Assembly: GCA_964291625.2 (NCBI GenBank)
Contig: OZ220090.1
Coordinates: 64,001 to 128,000, forward strand
DNA: 64,000 nucleotides
Reading direction: 5' to 3'
DNA from: Candidatus Latescibacterota bacterium
GTDB lineage: Bacteria > Latescibacterota > UBA2968 > UBA8231
Under the pieces are notes generated by a model that did no database searches, was not told the DNA's origin, and worked only from the letters and a program-made list of their open reading frames with translations. Both the position numbers and the translations under genes were made by a program. Below, in pieces: positions 28,881 through 38,892 of the stretch (positions within the stretch are counted from its first letter, which is position 1; each line of letters opens with the position of its first letter).

Positions 28881-30670
28881 ACCGGGCCCACGGACAGATC
28901 CGCAGCAGCCAGGTGATCACGAGCTACGGACCGGGGGCGCTGATCGATCTGCCCCACGACTCCGCGATCGTCGGAGGGTTGGATACCTGGCCGAGGACCG
29001 GCGATCTCGAAGAAATCCACGAGCCGAGACTGGAGCGCAAGGTCCGGAATCTGACCGGAGTGCCTGCGCCGAGGCTCTACGCGCCGCCACCGGAATCGAC
29101 CGACCCCAGCCAGCCGGTCCGGGGTATCGGCGCCCTCCGCTTTCCAGAGTGGTTCGTCGTGCAGGAAGGGGCAGGTGACGGGGAGAGGCGAGAGCAGTCG
29201 CGCCGGCTGGTGCACCGGAAGGGGTTGGACTCGAGAGGGCGATTCGACAGTCACGAGGTCGTTGCCACTCGCTTCGTCCGAGCCTGTCCAAACGGACATG
29301 TGGACGATCTTGACTGGCGGTACTTCGTGCATGAAGGGGCCGTCCCGTGCAAGCGGCAGTTGTGGCTGGACGAGCGCAGTACCGGGGGGGATCTGGGAGA
29401 CCTCGTCGTCCGGTGCGCATGCGGGAAGTCGAGGCCATTGTCCGAGGCGACGCAGTTGGAGATGAATCCCCTCGGTTCCTGCAAGGGGGCCAGGCCCTGG
29501 CTGGGGCGCAACGCCAACGAGGAATGCGGTCACCCGAGCCGGCTGCTGATCCGGACGGCGTCCAACGCCTGGTTCCCGCAGGTGGTCAGCGTGCTCTCCC
29601 TCCCGGATCGAGGAAGCGATGTCGAGCAGGTGGTGCGGGACCATTGGGACGACCTGTCCATCGTCGAGGATGCCGGAGACCTCCCGGTCGTGAAGAGGAA
29701 GCAGAAGATCTCCGAGGCCCTTGCGGTCTTCGACGATGAGGAAGTCCTGCAAGCCATCGGCGAGATCAGGACGGGAAGCAGCGAGGAACGGCCGGTGAAG
29801 CAGGTGGAGCTGGAAGCCATTCTCGCGGCGCCGGAGGGGCACGGCGACGATGTGCCGGTCGATCCCGACTTTCACGCCCGCCGGCTTCCCGAGGCGCTGT
29901 GGCGCCGCTCGGCGTTCTCCGAGGGGATCGCCGCGGTGATCCAGCTGCACCGTCTGCGGGAGGTGCGGGCCCTGACCGGGTTCTCCCGTTTCGAAGCGGT
30001 GATGCCGGACATCGACGGCGAGCACGACACCGACGTGGAGCTCGCGCAGCTGGCCGTGGAACCGCAGTGGTTTCCCGCCGCCGAGAACCGGGGCGAGGGG
30101 ATCTTCCTGCAGCTCTGCTCGCGGGCCATGCGGCTGTGGCTCTCGAGAGCTGCGGTCCATGAACGGCTGCAGCAGTTGGAGAGCGGCCATCAGCGCTGGA
30201 TGGAAGAGCGGCAGTCGACGAGGCCCTTTCCGGGAGGTCCCTATGTGCTTCTGCACACCCTCTCTCACCTGCTGATCCAGTCCCTGGCGATGCGTTGCGG
30301 ATACCCCGCCAGCTCGATCCGCGAACGGGTCTACGTCGGCGGCGGGGCCGAGAGCTTCGGCCTGTTGCTCTACACCGCGACCCCGGACGCGGAAGGAACC
30401 CTCGGCGGATTGGTCCAGCAGGGCCGGCACATCGAGGACCACCTGCTGCAGGCCCTTCGCATGAGCGAGCTGTGCTCCAACGACCCGATCTGCGCCCACC
30501 ACGCGCCGGGCGGGAGCATCGAGGGCCGACTGCTTCACGGCGCGGCCTGCCATGGATGCGCCCTCGTGGCCGAGACCTCCTGCGAGATGCGCAACGACTA
30601 TCTCGACCGCGCCCTCGTCGTGCCGGTCATGGGAGTGCCGGGCGCCGCTTTCTTCAAGCCGCCCGGGTGA
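28877..30670 (+). CDS. drmB: DISARM DrmB (DUF1998)
   Basis: RSSQVITSYGPGA, RFVRACPNGH, LLHTLSHLL, EGTLGGLV, CSNDPIC, AACHGC Zn motif; ATGA coupling to drmA. Confidence 0.92.
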   Translation: MNRAHGQIRSSQVITSYGPGALIDLPHDSAIVGGLDTWPRTGDLEEIHEPRLERKVRNLTGVPAPRLYAPPPESTDPSQPVRGIGALRFPEWFVVQEGAGDGERREQSRRLVHRKGLDSRGRFDSHEVVATRFVRACPNGHVDDLDWRYFVHEGAVPCKRQLWLDERSTGGDLGDLVVRCACGKSRPLSEATQLEMNPLGSCKGARPWLGRNANEECGHPSRLLIRTASNAWFPQVVSVLSLPDRGSDVEQVVRDHWDDLSIVEDAGDLPVVKRKQKISEALAVFDDEEVLQAIGEIRTGSSEERPVKQVELEAILAAPEGHGDDVPVDPDFHARRLPEALWRRSAFSEGIAAVIQLHRLREVRALTGFSRFEAVMPDIDGEHDTDVELAQLAVEPQWFPAAENRGEGIFLQLCSRAMRLWLSRAAVHERLQQLESGHQRWMEERQSTRPFPGGPYVLLHTLSHLLIQSLAMRCGYPASSIRERVYVGGGAESFGLLLYTATPDAEGTLGGLVQQGRHIEDHLLQALRMSELCSNDPICAHHAPGGSIEGRLLHGAACHGCALVAETSCEMRNDYLDRALVVPVMGVPGAAFFKPPG

Positions 30671-30691
30671 CGGAGTCGCTGTTCCAGCTGC
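30575..30691 (+). repeat. Direct repeat copy 1 (drmB 3' end + drmC 5' start)
   Basis: Aligns by eye to 31031-31141 with 10 mismatches and one 6-nt indel. Confidence 0.9.
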
Positions 30692-30742
30692 ATTCTATAT
30701 TCTCTCGAAAGGCGTTGCCCCCCTCGATGGAGTACAACCACG

Positions 30743-30973
30743 ATGACAAAGCTCCTGGAAGAGGCGTTCAGGAGAGCTTCTGAGCTGCCCGAAGATCGAC
30801 AGGACTTCCTCGGCCGCATGTTGCTCCAGGTCGTCGGCGAGGAGGGAACCCTCTCCAGGTTGACGGACGAGCAGGTCGCTGAGGTGAGAGGGGCCCTGGC
30901 CCGGGCCGAAGCGGGGGAATTCGCCTCCGACGAAGCGGTGAAGGAACTGTCTACATCGTGGTCTACCGGGTGA
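30743..30973 (+). CDS. Small ParD-like/addiction-module antitoxin, probably with altered C-terminus
   Basis: MTKLLEEAF..ASELPEDRQD; LTDEQVAEVRGALARAEAGEFASDEAV; GGAG RBS. Confidence 0.6.
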   Translation: MTKLLEEAFRRASELPEDRQDFLGRMLLQVVGEEGTLSRLTDEQVAEVRGALARAEAGEFASDEAVKELSTSWSTG

Positions 30974-31026
30974 CGGAAGAAGATGTCCATGTCCTGGGCG
31001 TCTTCCATGGCGCTCGAGACCGGTAA
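30952..31026 (+). pseudogene. ParE/RelE toxin C-terminal remnant
   Basis: Translates YIVVYRVTEEDVHVLGVFHGARDR*, the typical ParE C-terminus; the N-terminal part and start codon are missing. Confidence 0.75.
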
Positions 31027-31030
31027 CCTC

Positions 31031-31141
31031 ACCTCCTGCGAGATGCGCAACGACTACCGCGCCCTCGTCCTGCCGGTCATGGGAGTACCGGGCACGGCCT
31101 TCTTCGGGCCGCCCGGGTGACGGAGGCCCTGTTCCGGCTGC
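31031..31141 (+). repeat. Direct repeat copy 2 (drmB-end remnant + functional drmC start)
   Basis: Second copy of 30575-30691. Confidence 0.9.
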
Positions 31142-31899
31142 CGGCCCACGTGCGCCGCGGCCTGGCGAGCGCACTGGAGTCGGGCATGCTGCCGGTTCCC
31201 TGCACATCTGCTGCCGTCGGCTCGATCCTCAACCTTCGCGAGGGCGCCCGGGATGTGGTCGCAGTAGTGGAGCAGTTGCGCACTACTGGGCTTGACCAGA
31301 AAGCGGCCGCTGCCTGGATCCGAACGGTCGAAGAGGTTGTGGCCGGGGTGCCTGCACCCGACCTGGTCTGGTCGGGTCCGGAAGTGCCAGGTCTGCACGC
31401 AAGGGACACCCGGCGGGTCTATGAGGAACTGCTGGGGCAGGCGGCCCGATCCCTGTGGGCCTCGACCTTCGCGTACTTCGACGGACAGAAAGCCTTCGAG
31501 GTGCTGGCACGGCGGATGGACGAGGTGGGCAGCCTGCAGGTGAAGCTGCTGCTCAACATCCAGCGAGGCGGCGGGGATACCACGGCGCCGGAACATCTCG
31601 TGCGGCGGTTCGCGGAGCGCTTCTGGCGGGAGGACTGGCCGGGGGCGCGGCGTCCCGAGGTGTTCTACGATCCCAGATCCCTCGACCTGGACGGTCCGTC
31701 GGGGGTGCTGCACGCCAAGGCGGTGGTCGCCGATGACGAGGCGGTGTTCATCACCTCCGCAAACCTGACCGAGGCCGCGTTGGACCGGAACATCGAGATG
31801 GGACTGGTACTGCGCGACCGCGCCCTGGCCGCGAGCGTGACCCGACACTTCCGGGGGCTGATCGAGCGGGGACTGCTGCGGGCCCTGCCGCAGGAGTGA
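31117..31899 (+). CDS. drmC: DISARM phospholipase D-like nuclease DrmC
   Basis: LVWSGP, HKD motif LHAKAVVAD, ITSANLT, NIEMG. Confidence 0.92.
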   Translation: MTEALFRLPAHVRRGLASALESGMLPVPCTSAAVGSILNLREGARDVVAVVEQLRTTGLDQKAAAAWIRTVEEVVAGVPAPDLVWSGPEVPGLHARDTRRVYEELLGQAARSLWASTFAYFDGQKAFEVLARRMDEVGSLQVKLLLNIQRGGGDTTAPEHLVRRFAERFWREDWPGARRPEVFYDPRSLDLDGPSGVLHAKAVVADDEAVFITSANLTEAALDRNIEMGLVLRDRALAASVTRHFRGLIERGLLRALPQE

Positions 31900-33629
31900 T
31901 CGAGGTGCAGCACCGCCCTTCCTGCCTCCCCCTGGCCCTCCTCCTCACCCTCACCGCCCCCTCCGCCGACGGGCAGGTCACCTTCGTCGACGCCACCGAC
32001 CAGGCCGGCGTCGGCTTCCACTACACCCACGGCGGCACCGGCCGCAAGCACTTCATCGAGACCATGGGGCCGGGGTGCGCCTTCCTCGACTACGACGGCG
32101 ACGGCCGCCTCGACATCTACGCCGTCAACGGCCACGCCCTGGACGGGGCCGAGCCGGCCGAGGCCAACGAGCTCTACCGCAACCTCGGGGACGGCACCTT
32201 CCGCGAGGTCGGCCGCGAGACCGGCGCCGCCGACCGGGGTTACGGCGTGGGGGTCACCGCCGCCGACTACGACAACGACGGCGACGCCGACATCTACCTC
32301 ACCAACTACGGCCCCAACGTCCTCCTGGGGGGCCGGGGGGACGGGACCTTCGCCGACCACACCACTCGAGCCGGGGTGGGGGACTCCTTGTGGGGCACGG
32401 GGTGCGCCTTCCTCGACTACGACAACGACGGCCTCCTCGACCTCTACGTGGCCAACTACGTGGAGTACTCCCTCGACGCCGAGGGCCGGGACCTGACGCC
32501 CTACTTCCTCGCCGCCCCGGGCCAGGAGCCGGCGGTCGACCTGCGGGCGTATCCCAGCCCGGAGAATTTCCCCGGCTCCCCCGACGTCCTCTACCGCAAT
32601 GCGGGGGACGGCACCTTCGCCGACGTCACCGCCGCAGCCGGGGTCCTCAACCCGGCGGGCAAGGGCATGGGCATCGTCTGCTCCGACTACGACGGCGACG
32701 GCCACGTGGACATCTTCGTGGCCAACGACCAGACCGCCAACTTCCTCTACCGCAACGGCGGCGACGGCACCTTCACCGACGTGGCCCTGCTCTCCGGGGT
32801 AGGGTACAGCGGCGACGGACGGCCGGAAGCGAGCATGGGCGCCGACTTCGGGGACTACGACAACGACGGCCTCCTCGACCTCGTGGTCCCCAACTTCCAC
32901 CGCGAGCCCACCAGCCTCTACCGCAACGAGGGGGAGGGCCTGTTCTCGTGGGAGTCGATGCGGTCGGGTATCGGGCGCCCGTCGCTGGCCTGGGTCGGCT
33001 GGGGGACCGCCTTCCTCGACTACGACAACGACGGCTTCCTCGACGTCTTCGTCGCCAACGGCCACACCCTGGACAACATCGATCGCTTCGACGCCTCCTC
33101 CTCGTACCCGCAGCCGGACCAGCTCTTCCGCAACACCGGGAAGGGCCGCTTCGAGGATGTCTCCGCCGCCTCGGGGGAGGCCCTCGCCGCGGCCAAGGTG
33201 AGCCGGGGAGCGGCCTTCGGCGATTATGACGACGACGGCGATACGGATATCTTCGTGGTCCATTCCACGGGCCGCGCCGCTCTGCTGCGGAACGAGGGAG
33301 GCAACGAGGGCCGCTGGCTCCAGGTCCGGACGGTGGGCCGGCGCGCCAACCGCGACGGCGTGGGGGCCCGCATCGAGGTCCTGTCCGGGGACCTGCGGCA
33401 GGTCCGGGAGATACGCACCGGCTCCGGCCTCTACAGCCAGAACGACCCGCGGGCCTGCTTCGGCCTGGGGGAGAGGGAGCGGGTGGACGCGCTGGAGGTT
33501 CGGTGGCCGGGAGGAGGCGTGGACCGCGTGGAAGAGATCGCCGCCAACCAGATGGTCGTGGTGGCGGAAGGCGTCGGGATCGTGGACGGACCGGAAGATC
33601 CGCCGGCGGCGGGCGGGAGGGCCGAGTGA
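31896..33629 (+). CDS. CRTAC1/ASPIC-UnbV FG-GAP repeat protein
   Basis: Multiple DYDNDGxxD repeats; C-terminal NRDGVGARI, FGLG, EVRWPGG; signal-peptide-like N-terminus. Confidence 0.9.
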   Translation: MIEVQHRPSCLPLALLLTLTAPSADGQVTFVDATDQAGVGFHYTHGGTGRKHFIETMGPGCAFLDYDGDGRLDIYAVNGHALDGAEPAEANELYRNLGDGTFREVGRETGAADRGYGVGVTAADYDNDGDADIYLTNYGPNVLLGGRGDGTFADHTTRAGVGDSLWGTGCAFLDYDNDGLLDLYVANYVEYSLDAEGRDLTPYFLAAPGQEPAVDLRAYPSPENFPGSPDVLYRNAGDGTFADVTAAAGVLNPAGKGMGIVCSDYDGDGHVDIFVANDQTANFLYRNGGDGTFTDVALLSGVGYSGDGRPEASMGADFGDYDNDGLLDLVVPNFHREPTSLYRNEGEGLFSWESMRSGIGRPSLAWVGWGTAFLDYDNDGFLDVFVANGHTLDNIDRFDASSSYPQPDQLFRNTGKGRFEDVSAASGEALAAAKVSRGAAFGDYDDDGDTDIFVVHSTGRAALLRNEGGNEGRWLQVRTVGRRANRDGVGARIEVLSGDLRQVREIRTGSGLYSQNDPRACFGLGERERVDALEVRWPGGGVDRVEEIAANQMVVVAEGVGIVDGPEDPPAAGGRAE

Positions 33630-33667
33630 GAGCCACAGGGAGTCTGCAAAAGAGGAGCGCAGAGATC

Positions 33668-34944
33668 ATGAGCAGGGGCGGGGTGCTGGTCGGGTTGGTT
33701 CTTCTGTCGGCGGGGCAGGGCCTCGGCGAGGTGACCCTCTCCCTCGGGGAGCGGGACGGGCAGCCGATCTACGTCTTCGAGAACGAGTACCTGCGCAGCG
33801 AGATCGCCCACACGCGCGGCCGCTCTCCCCTGAGCTACTTCGACAAGATCTCGGGGGTGGAGCAGCTGCGGCAACTCGAGCCCCTCGACCGCAACCACGG
33901 CCGCCACTACTCCCACGGCGGCGTCGCCGAGTGCGTCCCCTGGACCGGGGGAGCGCCGTACATGGGCTACCTGTGGACCCAGCCCTGGGAGATGACGGCG
34001 CGCACCCACGACCGCCGCGCCGTGCTGGTGGGGGAGATGACCTTCCCCTACCCGGACCCGGTCACCGGCCGGTTGTGCGAGCTGCGGTTCGAGAAGCGCA
34101 TGACCGCGTACGAGGGCTCCACGCGCCTGAAGATGGACTACCGCATCACCAACGTGGGCGAGCGCCGGGCCCGCTTCCAGCACTGCGTCCACGGCAGCCC
34201 CTGCGTCGGCGGCGAGTGCGACGAGGGCGACTACTTCTACGCCCGGGGAGCCGCTGCTGGGTCGTCTGGAGCGGCCTCCTGCCGCAGTACGAGATCCCCG
34301 ACGAGTCGTGGCACGACTGGCCCATCCCCGAGGCCGTCGACTTCCGCCCCGGAGGGGAGGGCGGCCTGCAGCTCTTCGTGCCGGCCTCGTGGGGCGTCGT
34401 GGGCGACGACAAGACGCGGGAGGTGATGGCCATGGTCAGCTCCCCCGTGATCGCCGGCGGCGAGGAGATCCCCGTGTACATGGGCTACACCCGGGGGAAG
34501 GAGAGCTACTACCTCGAGCCCTCGATCACGAAGCACATCTCCAACCAGGCCGAGCGCTGGGAGCGGGAGGGATACTCCGTCGACCTGGAGAGGGGCGAGG
34601 CCTGCGTCTACACGGTGGACATGGCCATGTTCCACGGGATCAGCCAGGAGCAGGTGCGATCCGTGCACGCCCTCACGGGGGACTACGTGCTGCTGGAGGA
34701 ACCGCGCCTGGCGTCGAGGGCCGGCAAGGCGGCCGTGGAGATCGCCCTCGGCGTCTCCGGTGACGGGCGGGTCGTCCTGCGGCCGGTGGAGGGGGGGGAG
34801 GCGCTCCTCGAGCGGGACCTCCGCCCCGGAAAGGTGGCCCGCATCTCGGAGAAGGTCCCCCTGCCGGAAGGCGCGGGAGAGGTGGTCCTGCTGCTTCAGA
34901 ACGCCGCCGGTGAGCAGCTCCTGGCCCGGGGAGGCGGGGAATGA
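33668..34944 (+). pseudogene. Secreted hypothetical protein (mutarotase-like fold?) split by a single-base frameshift near 34241-34248
   Basis: The coding frame (…GDYFYA) switches to the frame reading PGSRCWVVWSG… at gcccgggg; one extra C restores a single ORF. Confidence 0.65.
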
Positions 34945-35954
34945 CCGCTCCGAAGCTGAGATCGCGGAACTACCCCCCCGAGCACGGGATCCTGGTGCCC
35001 GTGGAGCACCAGGGCCGGGTGATCCGCGACCTGCTGGCCACCACGGCCATGCGGCCCTCGGACGCCGACTACCTGGCCGGGCTCCTCCTGACCAACGACA
35101 CCCGCTCCCTCTACAGCCACGGCAGCCGCCAGCTGCGCCACTACCTGCAGAACCTGAACAACGGCAACGTCAACCCCGAGCCCGACGTCCGGGTGATCGC
35201 CGGCGACGGCGCCACCGCCGTGGTCGACGGCGACGGCGGCCTGGGGTACCTGGCCTGCCGCGTCGGCATGGAGCAGGTCCTGGAGCGCACCCGGTCCCTG
35301 GGCGTGGGCGCCTGCTCCACGGGCAACCACTTCCACATCGGCTCGGCCGGGATCTGGTCGCGCCTGGCGGTGGAACGGGGCTACGTCGGCATGGCCATGT
35401 CCGCCCACCGCAACTCCCTCGATCCCGGGAGCACGGTCGCGGGGGTGATGAGCTCCTCGCCCTTGAGCATCGGCTTTCCCGCGGGGGACCAGCCGCCCTT
35501 CATCCTCGACATGGGGGGCGTCATCCTCCCGGGCCGGCAGGACCTGATGGAGGAGTTGCCCCACAGCTTCTTCAAGGCCATGGGCGTCTCGGCGGCGGTG
35601 CAGGTCTTCGCCGGCATCCTCGCCGGCATCTACCGGACGAGCGTGGCTCCCCCCGAGTCGAGGTGGGTGGCCAACCAGGGCGCATTCCTGTGCGCCTGGG
35701 ACGTGCGGCGCTTCATGGACCTCGGGGAGTTCACGGTGGAGATGGACCGCTTCATCGGCGAGGCGAGGGCCATGCAGCCCCTGCCCGGCCTCGACCGCGC
35801 CGAGCTCCCGGGGGGAATGGAGTGGCAGTGGGAGAAGGAGAACCGCGAGCGGGGCATCCCCCTCGGGGACGCGCACCGCCAGGAGCTGGAGGAGCTGGCC
35901 GGGGAGGCCGGCGTCGACTGCGGCTACGGACAATACGAGGAGACGAGATTCTGA
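34941..35954 (+). CDS. Ldh_2 family (malate/L-lactate/ureidoglycolate-type) oxidoreductase
   Basis: SHG, VVDGDGGLG, GNHFHIG, PFILDM, ELPGGME. Confidence 0.85.
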   Translation: MTAPKLRSRNYPPEHGILVPVEHQGRVIRDLLATTAMRPSDADYLAGLLLTNDTRSLYSHGSRQLRHYLQNLNNGNVNPEPDVRVIAGDGATAVVDGDGGLGYLACRVGMEQVLERTRSLGVGACSTGNHFHIGSAGIWSRLAVERGYVGMAMSAHRNSLDPGSTVAGVMSSSPLSIGFPAGDQPPFILDMGGVILPGRQDLMEELPHSFFKAMGVSAAVQVFAGILAGIYRTSVAPPESRWVANQGAFLCAWDVRRFMDLGEFTVEMDRFIGEARAMQPLPGLDRAELPGGMEWQWEKENRERGIPLGDAHRQELEELAGEAGVDCGYGQYEETRF

Positions 35955-37240
35955 TGACGGACTCATGGCGTACCGGGATCTACCTGACCCCGGGTGTCAT
36001 CACCGGGCACCCCGACTACGTGAGGCGGCTGCAGGACGAGATCGGCCTCGACACGGTGATCATCCCCTTCACCGGCGAGCTGCCGCCGGAGATCGAGGCC
36101 CTCAGCCCCTACAGCAGCCGCACCCCGGACGACGCCGAGCTGGACGGCCTGGTGCTGCGCCACTTCGACGGCCGTCCCATCGACCCCCGGGAGTACCCCC
36201 AGGCCGCCGGCTACGGGCCCGCCGTCCACGCTCCGGGGGACGACGCCGGCTTCCGGGCGGTGGTCGACCAGCTGAAGGGGGCCGGCCTCGAGGTCTGGAC
36301 CTACGGCGGCGCCTGGACGATCCGGCGCCTCATGTACTGTCCCTCCCAGGAGGGGACGCGGCGCTGGTTCGAGGCGGTCTACGTGCACTGGGCGACGCAG
36401 TACGGCCTCGACGCCCTCGACAACACCCACTCCCGCTACCCCATGGGCAGCTTCCCCCTCGGCCTCTTCGGCTGCACATGCTCCTCTTGCGCCGCCGCCG
36501 CCGCCGAGCTGGGCTACGACATGGACCGCATGGTGGCGGATCTGATGGACGCCCGCCGGGGGCTGAACCAGCTCGACGGCGCCCGTCTCGGGGAGGTGAC
36601 CCGCCTCGGCTTCGGGTTCTTCGACGTGGTCCACGCTCTGGGGATCAAATCGGGCGTCCTCGACTGGGTCCGCTTCCGCTGCGACCTGCTCACCCGCAGC
36701 CTGGCCCGCTTCCGGTCGGTGGTGAAGGCGGCGGCGCCGGGGGTCGCCTTCGGCACCGACACCTATCCCAGCTCCATGGCGCTCACCGCCGGCCACGACC
36801 ACCGCCGCTGGGGGCAGATGGCCGACTTCGCCAGCCCCCTGGTCTCCCACATCTCCGCCTTCGTCTGCAACACCTTCATCGAGTGGGCCCGCTTCCTCCA
36901 GGAGGAGGTGCCGGGCCTGACGGAGGAGGACGCCCTGCAGGTCGTCTACCGCTTCAACGGCTACGACGGCATGGGCCTGCCTGAGACGATCGCCGCCTTT
37001 CGCCACGAGGAGGCGGGCACCCTCGCCTACCGCATCCCCGTGGCCGACCTCGTGCTGCGGGACCTGACCAAGGCGAAGCTCTACCTGCCGCCCGAGATGC
37101 CCTCCTACCCGATCATCCACGGCGAGGGCTGGCCGCGGGAGGCGATCGACCGCATCGTCGACGAGGCCCGCCGCCTCGGCCACAACGGCATCATGTGGCA
37201 GGGCACGCAAGAGTTGATGGAGTACGACTTCAACGGCTGA
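35954..37240 (+). CDS. Hypothetical protein (possible glycoside hydrolase-like TIM barrel)
   Basis: Host-like codon usage; YCPS, FGCTCSSC, WVRFRC pattern; TGATG coupling. Confidence 0.6.
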   Translation: MTDSWRTGIYLTPGVITGHPDYVRRLQDEIGLDTVIIPFTGELPPEIEALSPYSSRTPDDAELDGLVLRHFDGRPIDPREYPQAAGYGPAVHAPGDDAGFRAVVDQLKGAGLEVWTYGGAWTIRRLMYCPSQEGTRRWFEAVYVHWATQYGLDALDNTHSRYPMGSFPLGLFGCTCSSCAAAAAELGYDMDRMVADLMDARRGLNQLDGARLGEVTRLGFGFFDVVHALGIKSGVLDWVRFRCDLLTRSLARFRSVVKAAAPGVAFGTDTYPSSMALTAGHDHRRWGQMADFASPLVSHISAFVCNTFIEWARFLQEEVPGLTEEDALQVVYRFNGYDGMGLPETIAAFRHEEAGTLAYRIPVADLVLRDLTKAKLYLPPEMPSYPIIHGEGWPREAIDRIVDEARRLGHNGIMWQGTQELMEYDFNG

Positions 37241-37257
37241 CAGGAGGAGGAGGAAGG

Positions 37258-38229
37258 ATGTTCATCCAGGACCAGCTCAACCACGCGGCCGTGAACGACG
37301 ACAACCTGGCCTACTACAAGGCCATCGGCGTCGACTACCTCACCGTCAACCCGCCGCCCTTCGCCGCCGGCCACCACGGGCCCATGTCCACGCGGGACGA
37401 GATGGCGGAGTACCTGGGCGGCGTGCGCCGCCTCGCCGAGTCCCACGGCCTGAAGTTCACCAACATCGCCTTCGTCGGGCCTGACGAGATCACCCTGGCG
37501 CGGCCGGACCGGGACGAGAAGATCGACCAGTGGATCGAGGCCCTGCGGGCCATGGGCGACGCCGGGGTCCCGACCCTGGGCTACAACTTCAAGCCCATCG
37601 GCAACTTCCGCACCACCTCGGCCACCGGCCGCGGCGGCTCGAAGTACAGCACCTTCGACTACGACGAGTGGCAGCGCACCAAGGGGGAGTGGCCGGACAA
37701 GCAGATCGACGAGGCCTCCATGTGGGCCAACATCCAGTACTTCCTCGAACGCATCGTCCCCGAGGCCGAGGCCTGCGGCGTCCGCCTCGCCCTGCACCCG
37801 GACGACCCGCCGATCCCGGAGGCGATGGGCGGCGCCATGCGCATCGTCTCCACCCTCGACCAGTACGAGCGCATCTTCGGCATGGCGCCGAGCGACGCCA
37901 ACGCCATGCTCTTCTGCCAGGGCTGCGTCACCGAGATGGGCGTCGACGTGTACGACGCCATCCGCCGCATCGGCTCCCAGGGCAAGATCGTCTACGTCCA
38001 CTTCCGCAACGTCAAGGGATCGGGCCACTACTTCGAGGAGGTCTTCATCGACGAGGGCGACGTGGACATGCTCAAGGCGATGCAGGTCTACAAGGAGATC
38101 GGCTTTCAGGGCCCCTTCATGATGGACCACACCCCCTCGATCCCCGGCCAGCACGGGGGCCTGGCGGGCCACGCCCTGGCGGCCGGCTACATGAGGGCGG
38201 CGATCCAGGCGGTCTACGGGACCCGATGA
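37258..38229 (+). CDS. uxuA: Mannonate dehydratase family (UxuA)
   Basis: YNFKP, YFLERIVPEAE, LALHPDDPP, FCQG, YVHFRNV, FIDEGDVDM, DHTP; strong GGAGG RBS. Confidence 0.88.
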   Translation: MFIQDQLNHAAVNDDNLAYYKAIGVDYLTVNPPPFAAGHHGPMSTRDEMAEYLGGVRRLAESHGLKFTNIAFVGPDEITLARPDRDEKIDQWIEALRAMGDAGVPTLGYNFKPIGNFRTTSATGRGGSKYSTFDYDEWQRTKGEWPDKQIDEASMWANIQYFLERIVPEAEACGVRLALHPDDPPIPEAMGGAMRIVSTLDQYERIFGMAPSDANAMLFCQGCVTEMGVDVYDAIRRIGSQGKIVYVHFRNVKGSGHYFEEVFIDEGDVDMLKAMQVYKEIGFQGPFMMDHTPSIPGQHGGLAGHALAAGYMRAAIQAVYGTR

Positions 38230-38307
38230 AGCCGGGCCGTGTGACCGTTCCTGGCAAGCCGGGAGACGATCTGACCCCGGGCACTTGGAACAGCAGGAAA
38301 CAGAGCT
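38226..38307 (+). pseudogene. HicA toxin C-terminal remnant
   Basis: Translates KPGRVTVPGKPGDDLTPGTWNSRKQ, matching the HicA C-terminal half; the N-terminal GSH catalytic region is absent. Confidence 0.72.
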
Positions 38308-38532
38308 ATGAAATACACCGTCGTAATTGAGAGGACCCCCAACAACTACGCAGCCTACGTGCCCGACCTTCCCGGATGCGTGGCTACCGCCGGCACCCGT
38401 GGAGAGGTGTTGAAGGAAATCCGCGAGGCTATGGAGTTCCACATCGAAGGCATGCGTGAAGACGGCGAACTCGTACCGGAGCCTCAGACTACGGCGGCAG
38501 TGGTGGATGCTACCGTCGCGGTATCGGGCTGA
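38308..38532 (+). CDS. hicB: HicB-like antitoxin
   Basis: MKYTVVIE...YAAYVPDLPGCVATAGT..E...IREAMEFHIEG...PEP. Confidence 0.9.
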   Translation: MKYTVVIERTPNNYAAYVPDLPGCVATAGTRGEVLKEIREAMEFHIEGMREDGELVPEPQTTAAVVDATVAVSG

Positions 38533-38561
38533 TGAGCTTTCGGGATGGGGGAGGTGGGTGA

Positions 38562-38792
<231 letters not shown>

Positions 38793-38892
38793 GATTGCCC
38801 ATGCGGGTCAGGTCGGAACACTCACGGGTTCGAATCAGGGAATGACCCATGACATGGAATCGGGCCACTGCAGGATAGCCAGGTCGGCGGCT

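Noticed and set aside
13088-31899. DISARM locus as an integrative mobile element
   Set aside because: No integrase, transposase, tRNA or att repeats are visible at its edges.
32079-33045. Recurrent GCCTTCCTCGACTACGAC(AAC)GACGGC as a CRISPR-like array
   Set aside because: These are in-frame FG-GAP coding repeats with long irregular spacing; no cas genes.
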